A stretch of 64,000 nucleotides of DNA, taken from contig OX597820.1 of assembly GCA_951406725.2 (NCBI GenBank), positions 59,706,001-59,770,000 on the forward strand, read 5' to 3'. Positions 39,667-55,741 of this stretch are shown here, piece after piece (position 1 is the stretch's first letter; every line of letters starts with the position of its first letter). Under the pieces are notes generated by a model. The model had not been told where the DNA came from and searched no databases. It worked only from the letters and a program-made list of their open reading frames with translations. The position numbers and the translations under genes were made by a program. The stretch comes from Octopus vulgaris (Eukaryota).

Positions 39667-39885
39667 ACAGAGCGGCGAGCTGACAGAATTGTTACCATCC
39701 CGGGCAAAATGCTTAGCAGTATTTCGTTCGTCTTTACATTCTGAGTTCAAATTCCGCTGAGGCTGACTTTTCCTTTTATCCTTTTTGGGTGGATAGAATA
39801 AGTACCATTTAAACACTGGGGTCGATGTAATCAATTTAACCCCTCTCACGGACTTGCTGGCCTTGTGCCAAAATGTGAAACCAAT
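39667..39885 (+). mobile_element. SINE family A, tail type 2
   Basis: GCGGCGAGCTGACAG head, GAGTTCAAATTCC B-box, GGCCTTGTGCC tail. Confidence 0.8.
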
Positions 39886-40644
39886 ATAATACTGGATCCT
39901 AACATTTAAACAATGATATAGATTTGGTCGGAAGGGAAATTTATCGGACTCAGTACTCGACTAGTACCTTACTTTGTCGACTATAGAAGGATTAAAAAGA
40001 AAATAGTTGACCGCGTCCGGATTAGAACTCAGAATGGAAAAGGATATTATTAAATGCTGCTACGCACTTAATCGGGGCGCTCGACTGATTTTACCGGGCA
40101 ACATCTCTAATAATATAATTCCTTACAGAATAAGAATTACACAGGTCCACTCATAGAGTGGGGACAACAGATAAAAACGGCCGATAATAACGACTTTAAT
40201 AATTGTTTCTGATCAGACTCAAGGCTAGAGCTTTTGAGGTAGAGTTTTAATAGACATCATGGTCTTGACTCGTACTTTAATTTTATCATCGACTCTAAAA
40301 AGCATAGCTGACCTTCAGCGAGATTTGAACACGTTTTGAACTGGAACAAATACCGCAGCCCACTTTCTCTAACGATTCTGCCTAAACACTCCCTTCGACT
40401 TTAATAATAATAATAAAATGCTTAATCTTTAAGTTCAAAAATAATGATGTTGGTGTTGTTAATAAGCTTTAAACAGTCAGCCTACATTGATTCTCCCGGT
40501 TAAAGATATTTTTTAAATGTTTAAGAAAAGCTATCGTCTGTTTTGTTAATCAGCGGGGTGTTACGGAAAAATACCAGAGGAAAGGAAAGAAGAGCAAGGA
40601 GGATGAAATAGAGATGAATTAGAGGTGGTGGTGGTGGTGGAGTA

Positions 40645-40709
<65 letters not shown>

Positions 40710-40883
40710 CAAGTATTATATGTACCTTATTACATCATTTCGTTGAGTTTTATAGAGTCGATATCAACTAGCGAATGGGAAATCACTTTCTGATAAACAT
40801 TTCTGACATTTCTATAAAAAAAAAATCAATTAAAGAAAATAAAAAAATAAACGTTACTTTAGCGAGTAAATGTTGGGAAGCAA

Positions 40884-40941
<58 letters not shown>

Positions 40942-40970
40942 CCTACCTGTCTGTCTGTTTATATCTCTCC

Positions 40971-41041
<71 letters not shown>

Positions 41042-41326
41042 TGTTATATAAATTTTTACATTATGTATAAATATTAAAAAATGAAAAAGAAAAAAAGCTG
41101 GAAAAGAGAACAAAAGTTAATTGAACGTACACAGTGAATATGTTAGACTGAAGTTTCATGAAAGCTTTAAATGGAAAAATAGGAGAGGCGTTTCGAGCAT
41201 GGCTCTTCGTCGGAAAGAAGAAAAAGTCCAGAGAGAAAGAAAAGGAGGAAGGAGCAGCGTCTGAGAGGAAAAATGTGTATGTGTGTGTATGTGTATGTAT
41301 ATGTGTGTTTGTGTGTGAGTGTGTGA

Positions 41327-41362
<36 letters not shown>

Positions 41363-41689
41363 CAGACAAACACATCCTTATAAATTAACCACAAATTTTT
41401 TGCTATTTTTTATAGATAAATTCTATAGTTAGTGTACTAAGAAACAAACTTCCGGAATGTAAAACACAGCCTGTAATTCATGTATGTATTTTGTATATGT
41501 TCGTCTGAAAAGGGTTAAAAAGATGAATGGTAGTGGTAGGAGATAAGAACAGAGGAGAAGGCGGAGGAGGAAGAGGTGGAGGGGGAGAGAAGGGAGTAGG
41601 ACAAGAGGGTAAGGAGAAGGTAGAGGAGGATTAAGAACACTACAGTTACTTTTCTATCACGCCAAAACAATACTAATTTATCATAGTTA

Positions 41690-43358
41690 CTAGCAGTATC
41701 GCCCGGCGTTGCTCGGGTTTGTTTCGACCCGCTGGAATTGTAATTTTGAAAAGTAAAAATTTTGTGAACATTTTTCTGGTCGAAATACACCGAAAAGTGG
41801 CGACACAGCAGTGAAAAAATGGTAAAAAATAGGGATTTTCATAGAAAAAAGCATCTTTTTGATGTAAATAATTTTTGGTGTTAACATGGTCCGATTTGAA
41901 TTTTATGTTCTACGGAAGGAAGAGCAACCCTTCTTCTACCATACTCTCAATTTTGGTCAACTTGCGCCGCAGGGTCTCGGAGGAGATAGTGTTAGTTGAA
42001 GGTTACCATTCTAGGTGCCTGAGTAACAACCTCGCGGATTTACAGATAAATGAATTAATTACTATTTTACAGAATAAAATTAAATAATTCTTGAAAATTA
42101 ATTAATATTAATATTTTTTGAACAAAGTAAATAATTTTAAAAACTTAATAATTTTTTTTACACAAACGCGAACGGGGAAAAGGGGGTAGCGAATTCGATT
42201 TACATACCTAAATTTTTTCTTTTTCATGACATTGTAGCAAAATAGTAGTGAATTATATAAATACCAGCAGTACATTTTTTTTTCTGGGGTATTTTTTTTC
42301 AACCTCGTCACATATTTGCCCCTTTCAATTTAAACAAAGTCTTAATTAATCAATTACGGCAGCTTAGCAATGGTTTCAATACAGGCGTGACATCTGTATC
42401 TCAATTGTTGAAAACCCTTCGAATTTTTTCGCACGTGATGATATCATAGTGAAAACTTTCAATTACGCGCGCTTAGAAGTACGCTCGCAAATTAATACTA
42501 CCAAAATTTTGAAGTTCGCGCTCCGCTTGTGTGTGTGTGTATGCGTGCTTTAGGTGTACGTAGGTATGTGTTTTTGTGTGTGTGTGTGTCACTGAAGCCA
42601 TATATACATATATACATACATAACCTCTCTCTCTCTTTTCTCTCTCAGTCACTCACTACAAAAAGTGAATAAAAAAAGTTCAGTTATTTCTGTCTTTCAC
42701 TCTGTCTGTCTCTTTACACACACTAACAAAAGCACTTCACTTACACACCACACTTTCTGTGTCGCACAACCCATCAAACACACACATACACACACACACA
42801 CACACACTCACGCACGCACACATGTACATCAATGCTTTCGGAGTGAAATGTTAAAATATTGAGTTTTCTCGAATTTTGTCTTAATTGGGGGTGAAATTGA
42901 AAGAAATATATTATGGCATGACCGAATGGAGTACTTTGAAAAATCTTAGGTAAACTCTAATTGAAGAAATTGTGTGAGGAGTAAATCGTTATGTATTTAT
43001 TTGTTTCTGTTTGCTGTGTTTTTTTATTTTTTGAGTAGTGGTTTAAATACTTTCAGTTTAGTCTTCCTCAAATCACTCTGTCGCTATTTACTTTCATTTT
43101 ATTCGTTGCACACTGTGTGTGTGCGTGTGCGTGTGGTGTAAACCACATTAAGAAAAGCATTTGACATACACACCAGAATGTGAGTTTTCTGTAAATTTTG
43201 CTTAATTGGAGTTTAAATTTTAAAAACTGGACCTGGCATGACCCGATGCATTCTACTCTTAAAAATGCTAGGTAAATTGTAATTGAAGAAATCCTATATT
43301 GTAGATTTCTATAAGTTACAAAGGGAGGCAGATAAAATCTGCCTTTTATAATAAGAGA
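41690..43358 (-). mobile_element. Non-autonomous Helitron
   Basis: Minus strand A|TCTCTTATTATAAAAGGCAG ... CCCGAGCAACGCCGGGCGATACTGCTAG|T; internal direct repeat of about 110 bp (near 42860 and 43180). Confidence 0.85.
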
Positions 43359-43416
43359 TTGATGATGATGATCATCATAATCATGATTCTCATCATGTAC
43401 AATAATAATAATGGTC

Positions 43417-43628
43417 CTTTCTGCTACAGGTACAAGGCTTAAATTCTGGAGATGGGGTCAAGTCGATTACATCGACCACAGTACGTAACAGTTATTTATT
43501 TCGTCGACCCCAAAATGATGAAAGGCAGAGCCGACTTCGGCGGAATTTGAACATAGAACATAAGGACGGACGGAATGCCGCTAAGCATTTTTCCGGAGCG
43601 CTAACGATTCTGCCAGCTCGCTGCCTCA
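43417..43628 (-). mobile_element. SINE family A, tail type 2
   Basis: Complete head-core-tail. Confidence 0.8.
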
Positions 43629-43633
43629 ATAAT

Positions 43634-43691
<58 letters not shown>

Positions 43692-44247
43692 GAGAAAGCT
43701 GCTAATTAATTAGGTACGTAACAATTACTAAAAGTACTAAAATAAAGCAATTATTAAAGGGTTGACCGTCTGGAAATATTTTTATAAATTCGTGTTCTAA
43801 GAAATTTCCAATAATTTCGATTTTTTAAGTTTCTTGGATTTTTTAAACTACAATTTTTCGCAAATTTAAATATTCATTGCATTCACTGCAGAGTAATCCA
43901 TTCTCATTTGCAAAGTTTCTCACTTTCTCTTTTAAGTTTTCATTCACTATTTGGAAAACCGACAGCTTATTCTATTAATGTATACGTAATTTATTATTTA
44001 TTGAATGAACATTTTTTAAATACTCGTATAATTTTTGAACACGAGATAGCTGTGAGAAGAGCCAAGAAAGTAGACGAAGTGAAAAAAAAAGTTACCGACA
44101 AGTACTCGAAACTTGCACCTTATTCACAGTTTCGAAACACTCTGTACCACTAAGCCAATATATACACAAACAAGTTACACGAGCGACTTCAACAGTGACA
44201 CACTCGCGCGTACATAGATACACATACACACAAATGAAAGGCAATGA

Positions 44248-44313
<66 letters not shown>

Positions 44314-44349
44314 TTGCTGTTCACTGACAAAACTTTGCGAAGTTTTGCG

Positions 44350-45990
44350 AATTCTAATAATTTATATATTGTACGTCTAATTATTTCTTTGTATAATAGT
44401 GTTCACTTGCTTAGTAAGTATTGCTTTCATTATTTTATGATAGTCACAATCTCTCTTTTTTTAAACAAATTTCACAGTCGTCCAACAACTGAGGGAGAAG
44501 CAGTTAGTCAAGTTTTACCTTCCCCTCAAAGCAACATAGAGATTTCAATTCAGCAGCCCTTCTGTAAGCTTTGCAACGTGTTCTCTCTCCATGGGGGCTA
44601 GAGAACATTGCAAACAATGAATGAAATAAAGATGAAATGAAAAAATCGTATAAATAAAAGGGCACTATTACAGATTTGTACGCCCCCGACTTTGTTGCCT
44701 CATGACATCCAGAAAAATAGATACTTTTTAACAAAATACTGCGAAGTTTTGTCAGTGAACAGGTCGTGGTTTCAAAGCGAAGAAAATATTTTGACACAAA
44801 GGAAATTTTAATGTTGAAGTGAAACTAGTTCTACTTAAATACAGAAGTTCCTTAACGGTACTGCTTAAATACAGGTGTTACGTACAAAGCATTTTAAATG
44901 TACACTGTGTAGACGTGTAATGACACCGTAACCCTAACCCTAACTAACCCTAAAAGTAGCCCTAACCTTAACCCCAATAACTAATCCTAACCCTAAAACT
45001 AGCCTTAACCGTAACCCTAAATATTAACCCTAAAACTAACCCTCCTCTTCATATCGTTACGTAGATGCATCGGGGCCTCTGTATTTAAGTCGTGCCATGA
45101 AACTAACGGTTTCTTGGTGTTCTTGAATGGCTCTACGCTTGAATGCATCTACGCTGCAATTGTTTTTGTTTCAGCACACGATCTCAAATCAAGTCCGTTG
45201 CTATGCAAGTACATCTCTGTAATTTTTAAAAATCACTGTGGATAAATGTCAGCAATGATAAAGTGGGATGAAGAGGGAGGGGTATATAAAAAAAAGAATT
45301 TACAAAACTTTTTTCATACAAAGATGCTACCTCCCAACCCATCCTTTCGAAGGCTCTGTTTTTTTTTTTTTTAATGAGAAAAACCCCTGAAAAAAATTTC
45401 CCCACAAATTTCTTTATAATCGTAATCGATGCCGTTTGAAAGGGATTTGTATGAATTTTCATTAAAAGATACCCATCTTCCTGAAAGTTATGAGGGAAAG
45501 AAGTCAGATCATGTGAATTTTCCAAAACTCCTCTCTCTATCCCCTCGGAAAAATCCTTTCTCATAAATCCCTATATATTCTGAAGCCACAACATCTAAGT
45601 AGTATTTTGTTAAAAAGTATCTATTTTTCTGGATGTCATGAGGCAACAAAGTCGGGGGCGTACAAATCTGTAATAGTGCCCTTTTATTTATACGATTTTT
45701 TCATTTCATCTTTATTTCATTCACTGTTTGCAATGTTCTCTCGCCCCCATGGAGAGAGAATATATTGCAAAGCTTACAGAAGGGCTACTGAATTGAAATC
45801 TCTATGTTGCTTTGAGGGGAAGGTAAAACTTGACTAACTGCTTCTCCCTCTGTTGTTGGACGACCGTGATGTTTGTTTAAAAAAGAGAGATTATGACTAT
45901 GATAAAATAATGAAAGCAATACTTACTAAGCAAGTGAACACTATTATACAAAGAAATAATTAGACGTACAATATATAAATTATTAGAATT
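44350..45990. repeat. About 390-bp inverted repeat (44350-44740 versus 45601-45990)
   Basis: Arms are reverse complements with scattered substitutions. Confidence 0.93.
44857..45096. mobile_element. MITE-like element with internal degenerate (CCCTAA) repeats
   Basis: Imperfect 18-nt TIRs GGTACTGCTTAAATACAG / CTGTATTTAAGTCGTGCC; AACCCT-rich core at 44929-45043. Confidence 0.55.
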
Positions 45991-46450
45991 GGGAATCAAA
46001 TGTGAAAATATTATCAAGGGGCTAGCAGAAAACCGCCTGGAGGGCGGTCTTTCAGCGTGTAATAATAATAAGTGACAATGAATCTCTCAATGCTGGAGAT
46101 GTAAGAATTTCATATGACATTTTCCAGGGTCACTCTCTACCACCGCTCCTCTTTTGTTTAACCTTAATACATCTCTCAAAATTGCTCGATGACGTACCAT
46201 ATGGCTATAAAATGTTTGATAAAAATATAAATCATTAAAGGAAAAATGATAGAAGCGTCCAACGTTATCCTTGACCAACAGAAATTTATTTTAATTCATG
46301 CACACAGCATTAAGTTGCTCTATCGGGACATCTTGAAAGCGGATATTTTTGTACCCTCGTCAACATGTGCGAATTTTAACAAATAAACCACTGAACCTAA
46401 TTACTTTGAGTCACTATCTGCATAAAAATCAATAGTTAAGTTGAAGTTAA

Positions 46451-47575
46451 TCTTACTATAAAAGGCGTTATGTCCGTCTGTCTGTATTCTCTTCACGGTC
46501 AAACGGCTGGACCAATGGTCACAATGTTTTTCGGTATTACAGAGGTAATCAGGCAGGTTTTTAGCGAAAACAATTTGAAAAAGTATGATTATTTAGTGGA
46601 TATTGAGGGCAATTGTTCAATTTATTTCTCCACTGAATTATGCCATATACAAAAGTTTTAATTTCGGATAGCTTTGTCAAGGAATGATTGTGACGGCATT
46701 GTCTCATCTTTTACGCCATGTACGAAAGTTTTAGTTTAGGATAGCTTTATTAAGGAATGATTGTGATGGCTTTGGCTCATCTTTAATCAGTGAATGAACA
46801 GTTACCGATATTGAGCTTTGTATTAATAAATCACCTTTGGTTTTTTTGTTAAAATTCCAACGACGTGGATTAACTCTGGATTTCACCCCTATAGTTCGTG
46901 AATTTAAATTTATTTCCCATCGTAGATAGGCAGATTCCTAAAGATTCCGCTTGGGCATTCATAACAAACAAGGCACAAGGTCAGACTTTAGCTCGTGTAG
47001 GTGTATTTTTACCCACTCCAATGTTTACACACGGCCAGTTATACGTCACTATGAGTAGAGCAACAGATTCCAGTAATTTGAAAATTAGTGTCAACCAAAC
47101 AGAAAATATCGTCTACAAAGAAGTTGTGTAACCATATTGATATTATCGAAAGGAATATGGTTCATAATTCAAATAAGGAAATTTGTGAACTTTGAATGTA
47201 TTAAGAGTATAAACAAGCATAAAATAGTGTAAACAACTAAAATAAAAGTATACCTAAATAACATTTTTTCTTAGTACTTTTTATGTAGTGGTCAAAGGAA
47301 GCTCTAGCTTTCGTTAGGGGTGGTCCACATAACCATTCAAGATACAGAGGCTAGGAGCCTATTTCCGTTCAGGAGTGAATCATCATCACGTCACTTAGTC
47401 TCAAACATATGTCATATAGCTGCAACAGGATGCCGTATCACCAGCAATAATGTGATTTCTCCAAGACGTCACCTAATAATCTATCAAGTCCATTTACGCA
47501 TTTCTCAATACATACCGTTGTTATGACTTCCCTCCTTCGTTTCATGCCTTCATCGTAGATGGGTAGATTTGCTAG
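46451..47575 (+). mobile_element. Helitron carrying a RepHel helicase C-terminal remnant
   Basis: A|TCTTACTATAAAAGG 5' end; CATCGTAGATG hairpin and CTAG|T 3' end. Confidence 0.8.
46948..47131 (+). pseudogene. PIF1-like SF1 helicase motifs V-VI (Helitron RepHel C-terminus)
   Basis: AWAFITNKAQGQTL.RVGVFL..PMFTHGQLYVTMSRA..TENIVYKEV matches the AMTINKSQGQT..HGQLYVALSR..NIVYKEV pattern. Confidence 0.88.
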
Positions 47576-47822
47576 TATATCTGATGCAGTGAAATAGAAA
47601 ATCTAAAAAGAGAAAAAAATTAAGATTAGCTCAATAGTAAAAGTTTTAATCATTTTAGCAAGCACGAGAGATTGCTCAGTATAAAACATATACTTTCGTT
47701 TCTCAGGTATCCATGTTACATACGACAGAAATGTATCATATACAACACATGCAACATACGCTAAGTATGATATATATATATATATATATATCAAAATAAG
47801 CAACAAGGATATCCAGAGGTAA

Positions 47823-47914
47823 TGCAGTACGATCGTTTCAGGCGACTCCATTTAATTGAACAATGAAATCATTTCATTACATCAATTCAAAATTTAGAGC
47901 AATATTCAGCTGCA
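47823..47914 (-). ncRNA. Type I hammerhead ribozyme motif, one core substitution
   Basis: TGCAG-CTGAATA-long stem II-GAAAC-GATC-GTA-CTGCA; paralogous to 59133-59218. Confidence 0.55.
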
Positions 47915-48168
47915 CAAAGACATAGAATTTAATTAAATTAGGACATATTAGTATAATTTTACCCAAAATCTCCAAGATGATAAGGAGATAGACAAAGAAC
48001 ATGTTTTACCAACAACATCACAGTTGTAACTGAAATTCTTTTCAAGAAGATACTGCTTTTCACTGATTTTTCTGTTATTTAGTTTATATATATATATATA
48101 TGTATGTATATGTATATATATATGTATATATATGTATATATATGCATATATATATATATATATATATA

Positions 48169-48235
<67 letters not shown>

Positions 48236-49225
48236 GTTGTTGTTGTTATTATTATTATTACTTAAGACAGCCCTGAACGGAAAGATCAATAATCAAACTT
48301 GTTCCGGACTTACAATGCTGTGTATTTTTTTTTTGTATTTCAAGGACTGTATTGTGTAATACATGGTTTTTTTTCTTTTGTTTTGTAAATTAAAGCGGTA
48401 GGTTTGATTTGAAGGCTACTATTTTTAGCAGGACAGACAACCGCATAGACGTTTTCTCGTTAGCTTGATTTTGTTATACATAGTCTCAAACAGACACACA
48501 TGCGCACGTGCGCGCGCGCTCATATTAGTTTACTAGCGAGATTTAAATTTTGGGTTACTTTCTAATGCAATTTTCTAAAACAATTTGTCAAATACAATTT
48601 GTCTTGAAAATTTTGTGCTACATTCTGTGAAACTGATCTGGCAACCCTGCTGATGAGTTGAGAAAAACACGGTGCAACATGATTGAAAAAGATATGCTAA
48701 ACAAGAAGAAGGATAGAACACAGCTTTGTTTTACTCTACCACAGACTACAAAGAATTTCAACATGGAGGCTTCAAACTGCACAATAGCTCCTATATTATC
48801 ATTTAGAGCTCGAATGATGCTCATATGAATACACAGGACAACTGAGCTGGTTGAGAACTTAGTGCAAGCTTGTGAGACTGGTTTTTGTCGAACGCCTCTT
48901 TACTACCACGTATTTGATATGTTTATTTTCGTGCTCAAAAGCTAGAGTGTCTAAAATTCTATTTGCTTGAAAGTTTTTACAATTTATAATATATGTCTAT
49001 TTATGCAATGTAAGTAAAGATTACAAACTCTGTTTGCCATGCACATGTACATACAAAGACAAACACACACACATGCATACATATATATACATGCATACAT
49101 ACATAGCTACATACATTGATACATGTATGTACACACATATATATATACATATAAATATACATACATACATATATATATATGTGTATGTAATGTATGTATA
49201 TATATATGTACATATATATATGTAC

Positions 49226-49285
<60 letters not shown>

Positions 49286-50408
49286 TTACGTAAACATATG
49301 TAGACACAAGCACTCACAAACACTCACAGACAGAAACAGAAACACAGATACGTATTCATATATACATATGTGGGTATGTGTATGAGTGAGTTTGTGTATA
49401 ATTCTATCAAATATCTCTTTTCGTGTGATTGGCTTTAACTGGAATCCGCCATTAAGATATAAAGAGCGATCAAGTTGCGCTTTCTTACGTAAGATTCTCC
49501 ATAAATGTGAAAACCTACCTCAGTAAAATAACAACAATAACAACACAATGAAACACACCCAATGTAACTTTAAACAACGAAACACAAGTTTTCACTTAGA
49601 GCAACAGAATAGAATGCTCTAAGAAATCGTATTTTTCTCTCTTTATTTAAACTGTTACAACCTAGTTTTCTTTTGTATGTAAAAGCAAAAGACGTCTTTG
49701 TTTTCTTTACTTTCATTTGTTATTCATCTTGAATATCCTAAAGATATATTACAGCAAAGGCAAAGAGACAAGGAAATATGGAAAGTGTGAGAACCACTTG
49801 TAAATTCTGGAGAGTTCTAATGTTACACAGGGGAAATTGTTTTTTTCTTTTTTTCTTAAGGTAAAGGCAGACAGAAAGTAGTGGGCAAAAAGGAGGAGAT
49901 GGTGATTTTTTATCAAAGGTGTTAGACTGTAAATAAAATAACAGGGGAGAAAAGTATTGGGGACAGTAACCAATAAAACGGAGTCTTCAAAGGTAATAAG
50001 GAGAAGGATCTTGTAATTGATTAGAAAAGGACTGTCAGAACAAGGCTTTGGGAGTCGTTTATATTTTCTGAATGAATATATCTAAAGTGAAGTTTACCTG
50101 TTGCCATCTTCAATCGTAACTTGAGTGTGAATGATTAGGTCAACGCAAACCAAATGACATCCCTAAGGTTTTTGACCAAACAAAACAAATATACTAGTCT
50201 CTATTTGTATGCATTCATGTAGAAAGAGAAGCCTACACACACATACATACACACACACATACACACACGCACACGCACACACGTACATGCACACACACAC
50301 ATACACACACAGATATATACATACAGCGATATATAAACACACATATATATACAGGTGTATAAGTGTGTGTATATATTCATGTACATGTATATTATACATG
50401 CAAATATG

Positions 50409-50738
50409 TAGGCATGGTTGTGTATAAAGAAGTTTGCTTTTCAACCAACCACATGGTTCCGGGTTCAGTACCACTGCGTGGCACCTCAGGCAAATGTTTT
50501 CTACTGTATCCCCAGAAACCCGTGATGTGTGTGTGTGTGTATTTGTCCGCAACGCTACTTTACAACCAGTGCTGGTTTGTTTGCGTTCCCGTAACTTAAC
50601 GGCTCGGCAAATAGAACCAATAAAATAAGTACTAGACTTTACAAATGTATATGGGTCTTTTGCCCGACTAAACTTTTTAAGTCAGTGCCCTAGTATGGCT
50701 GCAATCCAATGGCTGAAACAAGTAAAATGATAAAAGAA
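50409..50738 (+). mobile_element. SINE family B, diverged
   Basis: Head, internal (TG)n and 3' motif recognisable. Confidence 0.78.
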
Positions 50739-51290
50739 AAATACATATTTTATAGACAAATATATTTAAAGCAACTCACGTTTCTGTTTTTTTTTTCTTT
50801 TTTTCTTTTTTGTTTGCTAGTTTCCTTTTTTCTATTTCGCAATAAAAAAAATGTGAAAGGAAAAGCAGTGGCTGTACTGAGAGAGGCAAAACAGACAGAT
50901 ACAAAAAGTTATAAAGAGAAGTAGATTAAACAACTAAAGAGGTGGAAGCCTGTCAGAGAAAAAGAGAGGGAGAGATAGAGGGAGAGAGAATGGAAAAGTG
51001 ACCAGCTTGTCGCTTATATCTAAGTCATCTCATCATGTTGGACTGTTGACTCTGCACTTCTTTTCCTGTCTCTCCGTTTTTTCATTCTCTCTCCATTTTT
51101 TCCTCTTAATACTTTCTGTCGAAGAGCGTAGATTCGAAATGTAAAAGACTTTTCCACTATAGTGGAGAGAACATATATGAATAGAACAGAACAGAGAAGT
51201 GATGTGAGAGAATAGACATTTATTCGATTCGTTTACTTTTCATAATCTTGTTAGTTATACAAAACATGTTATATCAACATTCGGACGTAC

Positions 51291-51327
<37 letters not shown>

Positions 51328-51332
<5 letters not shown>

Positions 51333-51800
51333 CAAAAATGGGACAAGAACGCAAAACATCCAGACAGACGCTACAAAGAAAACAAGGACGAGTCATTTGG
51401 AGTTGTTTATCCTCAGTCGAGTTCCAGATTATCTTTGCACTTTCGGTTGGTTATACTCGAGATCGCTCCAAATCTAGCAAGCCCCAAGGAAAATCCAAGC
51501 TAAGAGCATTAGATTCCTTGGAAGAAAGCAAGGGAATGTATATGAAAACAAGGACGGAAAAAAAACGGAGAATGTTACACAAATACAAACGCAAATAACA
51601 GGACATAACAACAGGTATCTTTTGACTAAGGACGAATTAAATTAAGCTGGCGTGTGTGGAAGTAAAGCCTTACGGCAGGGACATAAGATTTGACAGGCGC
51701 AGGAAGGAATATAGATGTTGCACGGATGATAGTCGAACCAAAAAAGCAAGGTCAGGCTTGGCCGAACACCTGTCACGTAGGGAGAGAAGAGAGAGAGCTA
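51328..51800 (-). mobile_element. (TA)n-adjacent Penelope-like element (tentative)
   Basis: Starts at a (TA)n tract, A-rich on +, resembles the reverse complement of 14600-14960 in style. Confidence 0.3.
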
Positions 51801-52715
51801 GAGCCTTCTTTCCCTCTGCATGTGTACACTCATATATACGAGTGTGCTGAGAAGTAAACAGACTAGTCTTCAGAACGTTTCATGGTAGTCCAAAACATCA
51901 ACTCTGAGAGAATCTATCGAGATCGGCCGAAAATTCGAGGAAACTTAAACGTGCTCTACATTTAAGGCTCCCAGCATAGACGTCAAGTCAAACATTAATA
52001 ATGGTTTTAAATTCTGGCTCTTGACCAGTTACTTTGGTGGAAGGGTATTAGACGATTACATCGAACCCAGTGATCAACTGTTACTTATTTTATCGATCCA
52101 GGAAGGAAGAAAGGCAATGTCGACCTCGGTGGAAAGTATAGAACCGGAAGAAATACCGTTAAGTATTTTGTCCAGCGCGGTCTCGATTCTGCCAGTTCAC
52201 CACCCTTTCATGAAATAGGAATGCTTACTATTATAGGCACAAAGCCTGAACTTTGGGAGAAGAGAGCTTGTTGAATACATCGCTCAAAATGCTCAACAAG
52301 TACTTATTTCATCGACCAAGAAAGGATGAAAGATAAAGTCGACCTCAGCAGAATTTGAATTCAAAACGCAAAACCGGAAAGAAGCAGTTTATCCTTCGTG
52401 TTAAATTAATCAGTGGTGATAAAAATTAATTAGCTACAATTGAGAAAAAACCTACTACACAATCCATTCAAGACATGGCAACATGCACTTCCAGTTGTAA
52501 TTGGATTGGATACTCCGGGATTAGAGAAAATAGTGTTTTGCTGTTTCACCGCATTTCCGTTGTAAGTAGATTCATTTTGAGCTTTCATTCAGGAGAGGAT
52601 TTTGAACTTTTAAAAACTAAGTGAATGTCACATCTACAGAAGTTATTTAGGAATATGTTGTTGCTGTTTATCTTTCCAGCCATACGCGCGCGCACACACA
52701 CACATACACACACAT

Positions 52716-54814
<2,099 letters not shown>

Positions 54815-54949
54815 TCCAGAAGAAAACCTTGCTTTTTATCTTGAAGCGTAACTTCAGTTGAATGAAAGCTTTCAACTAATTAGCAAACAGTATTTCTGGG
54901 AATGTGCCACACGCAGATCTAAAGACCCAATATTCAGTGATGCAAGAGA

Positions 54950-55005
<56 letters not shown>

Positions 55006-55023
55006 TAATAATAATAATAATAA

Positions 55024-55085
<62 letters not shown>

Positions 55086-55102
55086 ACAACAAGAACAACA
55101 AC

Positions 55103-55187
<85 letters not shown>

Positions 55188-55575
55188 GTTGTACTAGACC
55201 TGAGAATAGCAGAAATTGTAAAATCTTTTTTAGACTGCAATGCTGAAAAAAATTGACTTATAGAATAAGTTTGAAACCGAACGACTGTACTTCCTTTAGA
55301 AAAGAAGGTGGTAGACAGCTATAGAGCACTAGTTTATTAATGTCATCACTAACTTTCCAATTCAGAAAAAGACCTTGCTATGTGCTCTTGTTAACCATGT
55401 TTATAAAACCGTAACAAATCGCTGATATTCCATAGCAACAAATTGTCAGAAGTTTAAACCTTCATATGAAGCAAAACAACATTCACAACTCAACTGAAAT
55501 AAGTGCATATCTCGTGGTTGTTCAGGAATGAGTGTCGTTAACCGTAATTTTACTGATGACTGCCACAATCCATCC

Positions 55576-55660
<85 letters not shown>

Positions 55661-55681
55661 CCTATCTATCTATCTATCTAC

Positions 55682-55741
<60 letters not shown>

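Noticed and set aside
48650-48670. CTGATGA...GAAA hammerhead-like words
   Set aside because: Only 5 nt separate them and no stems I-III can form.
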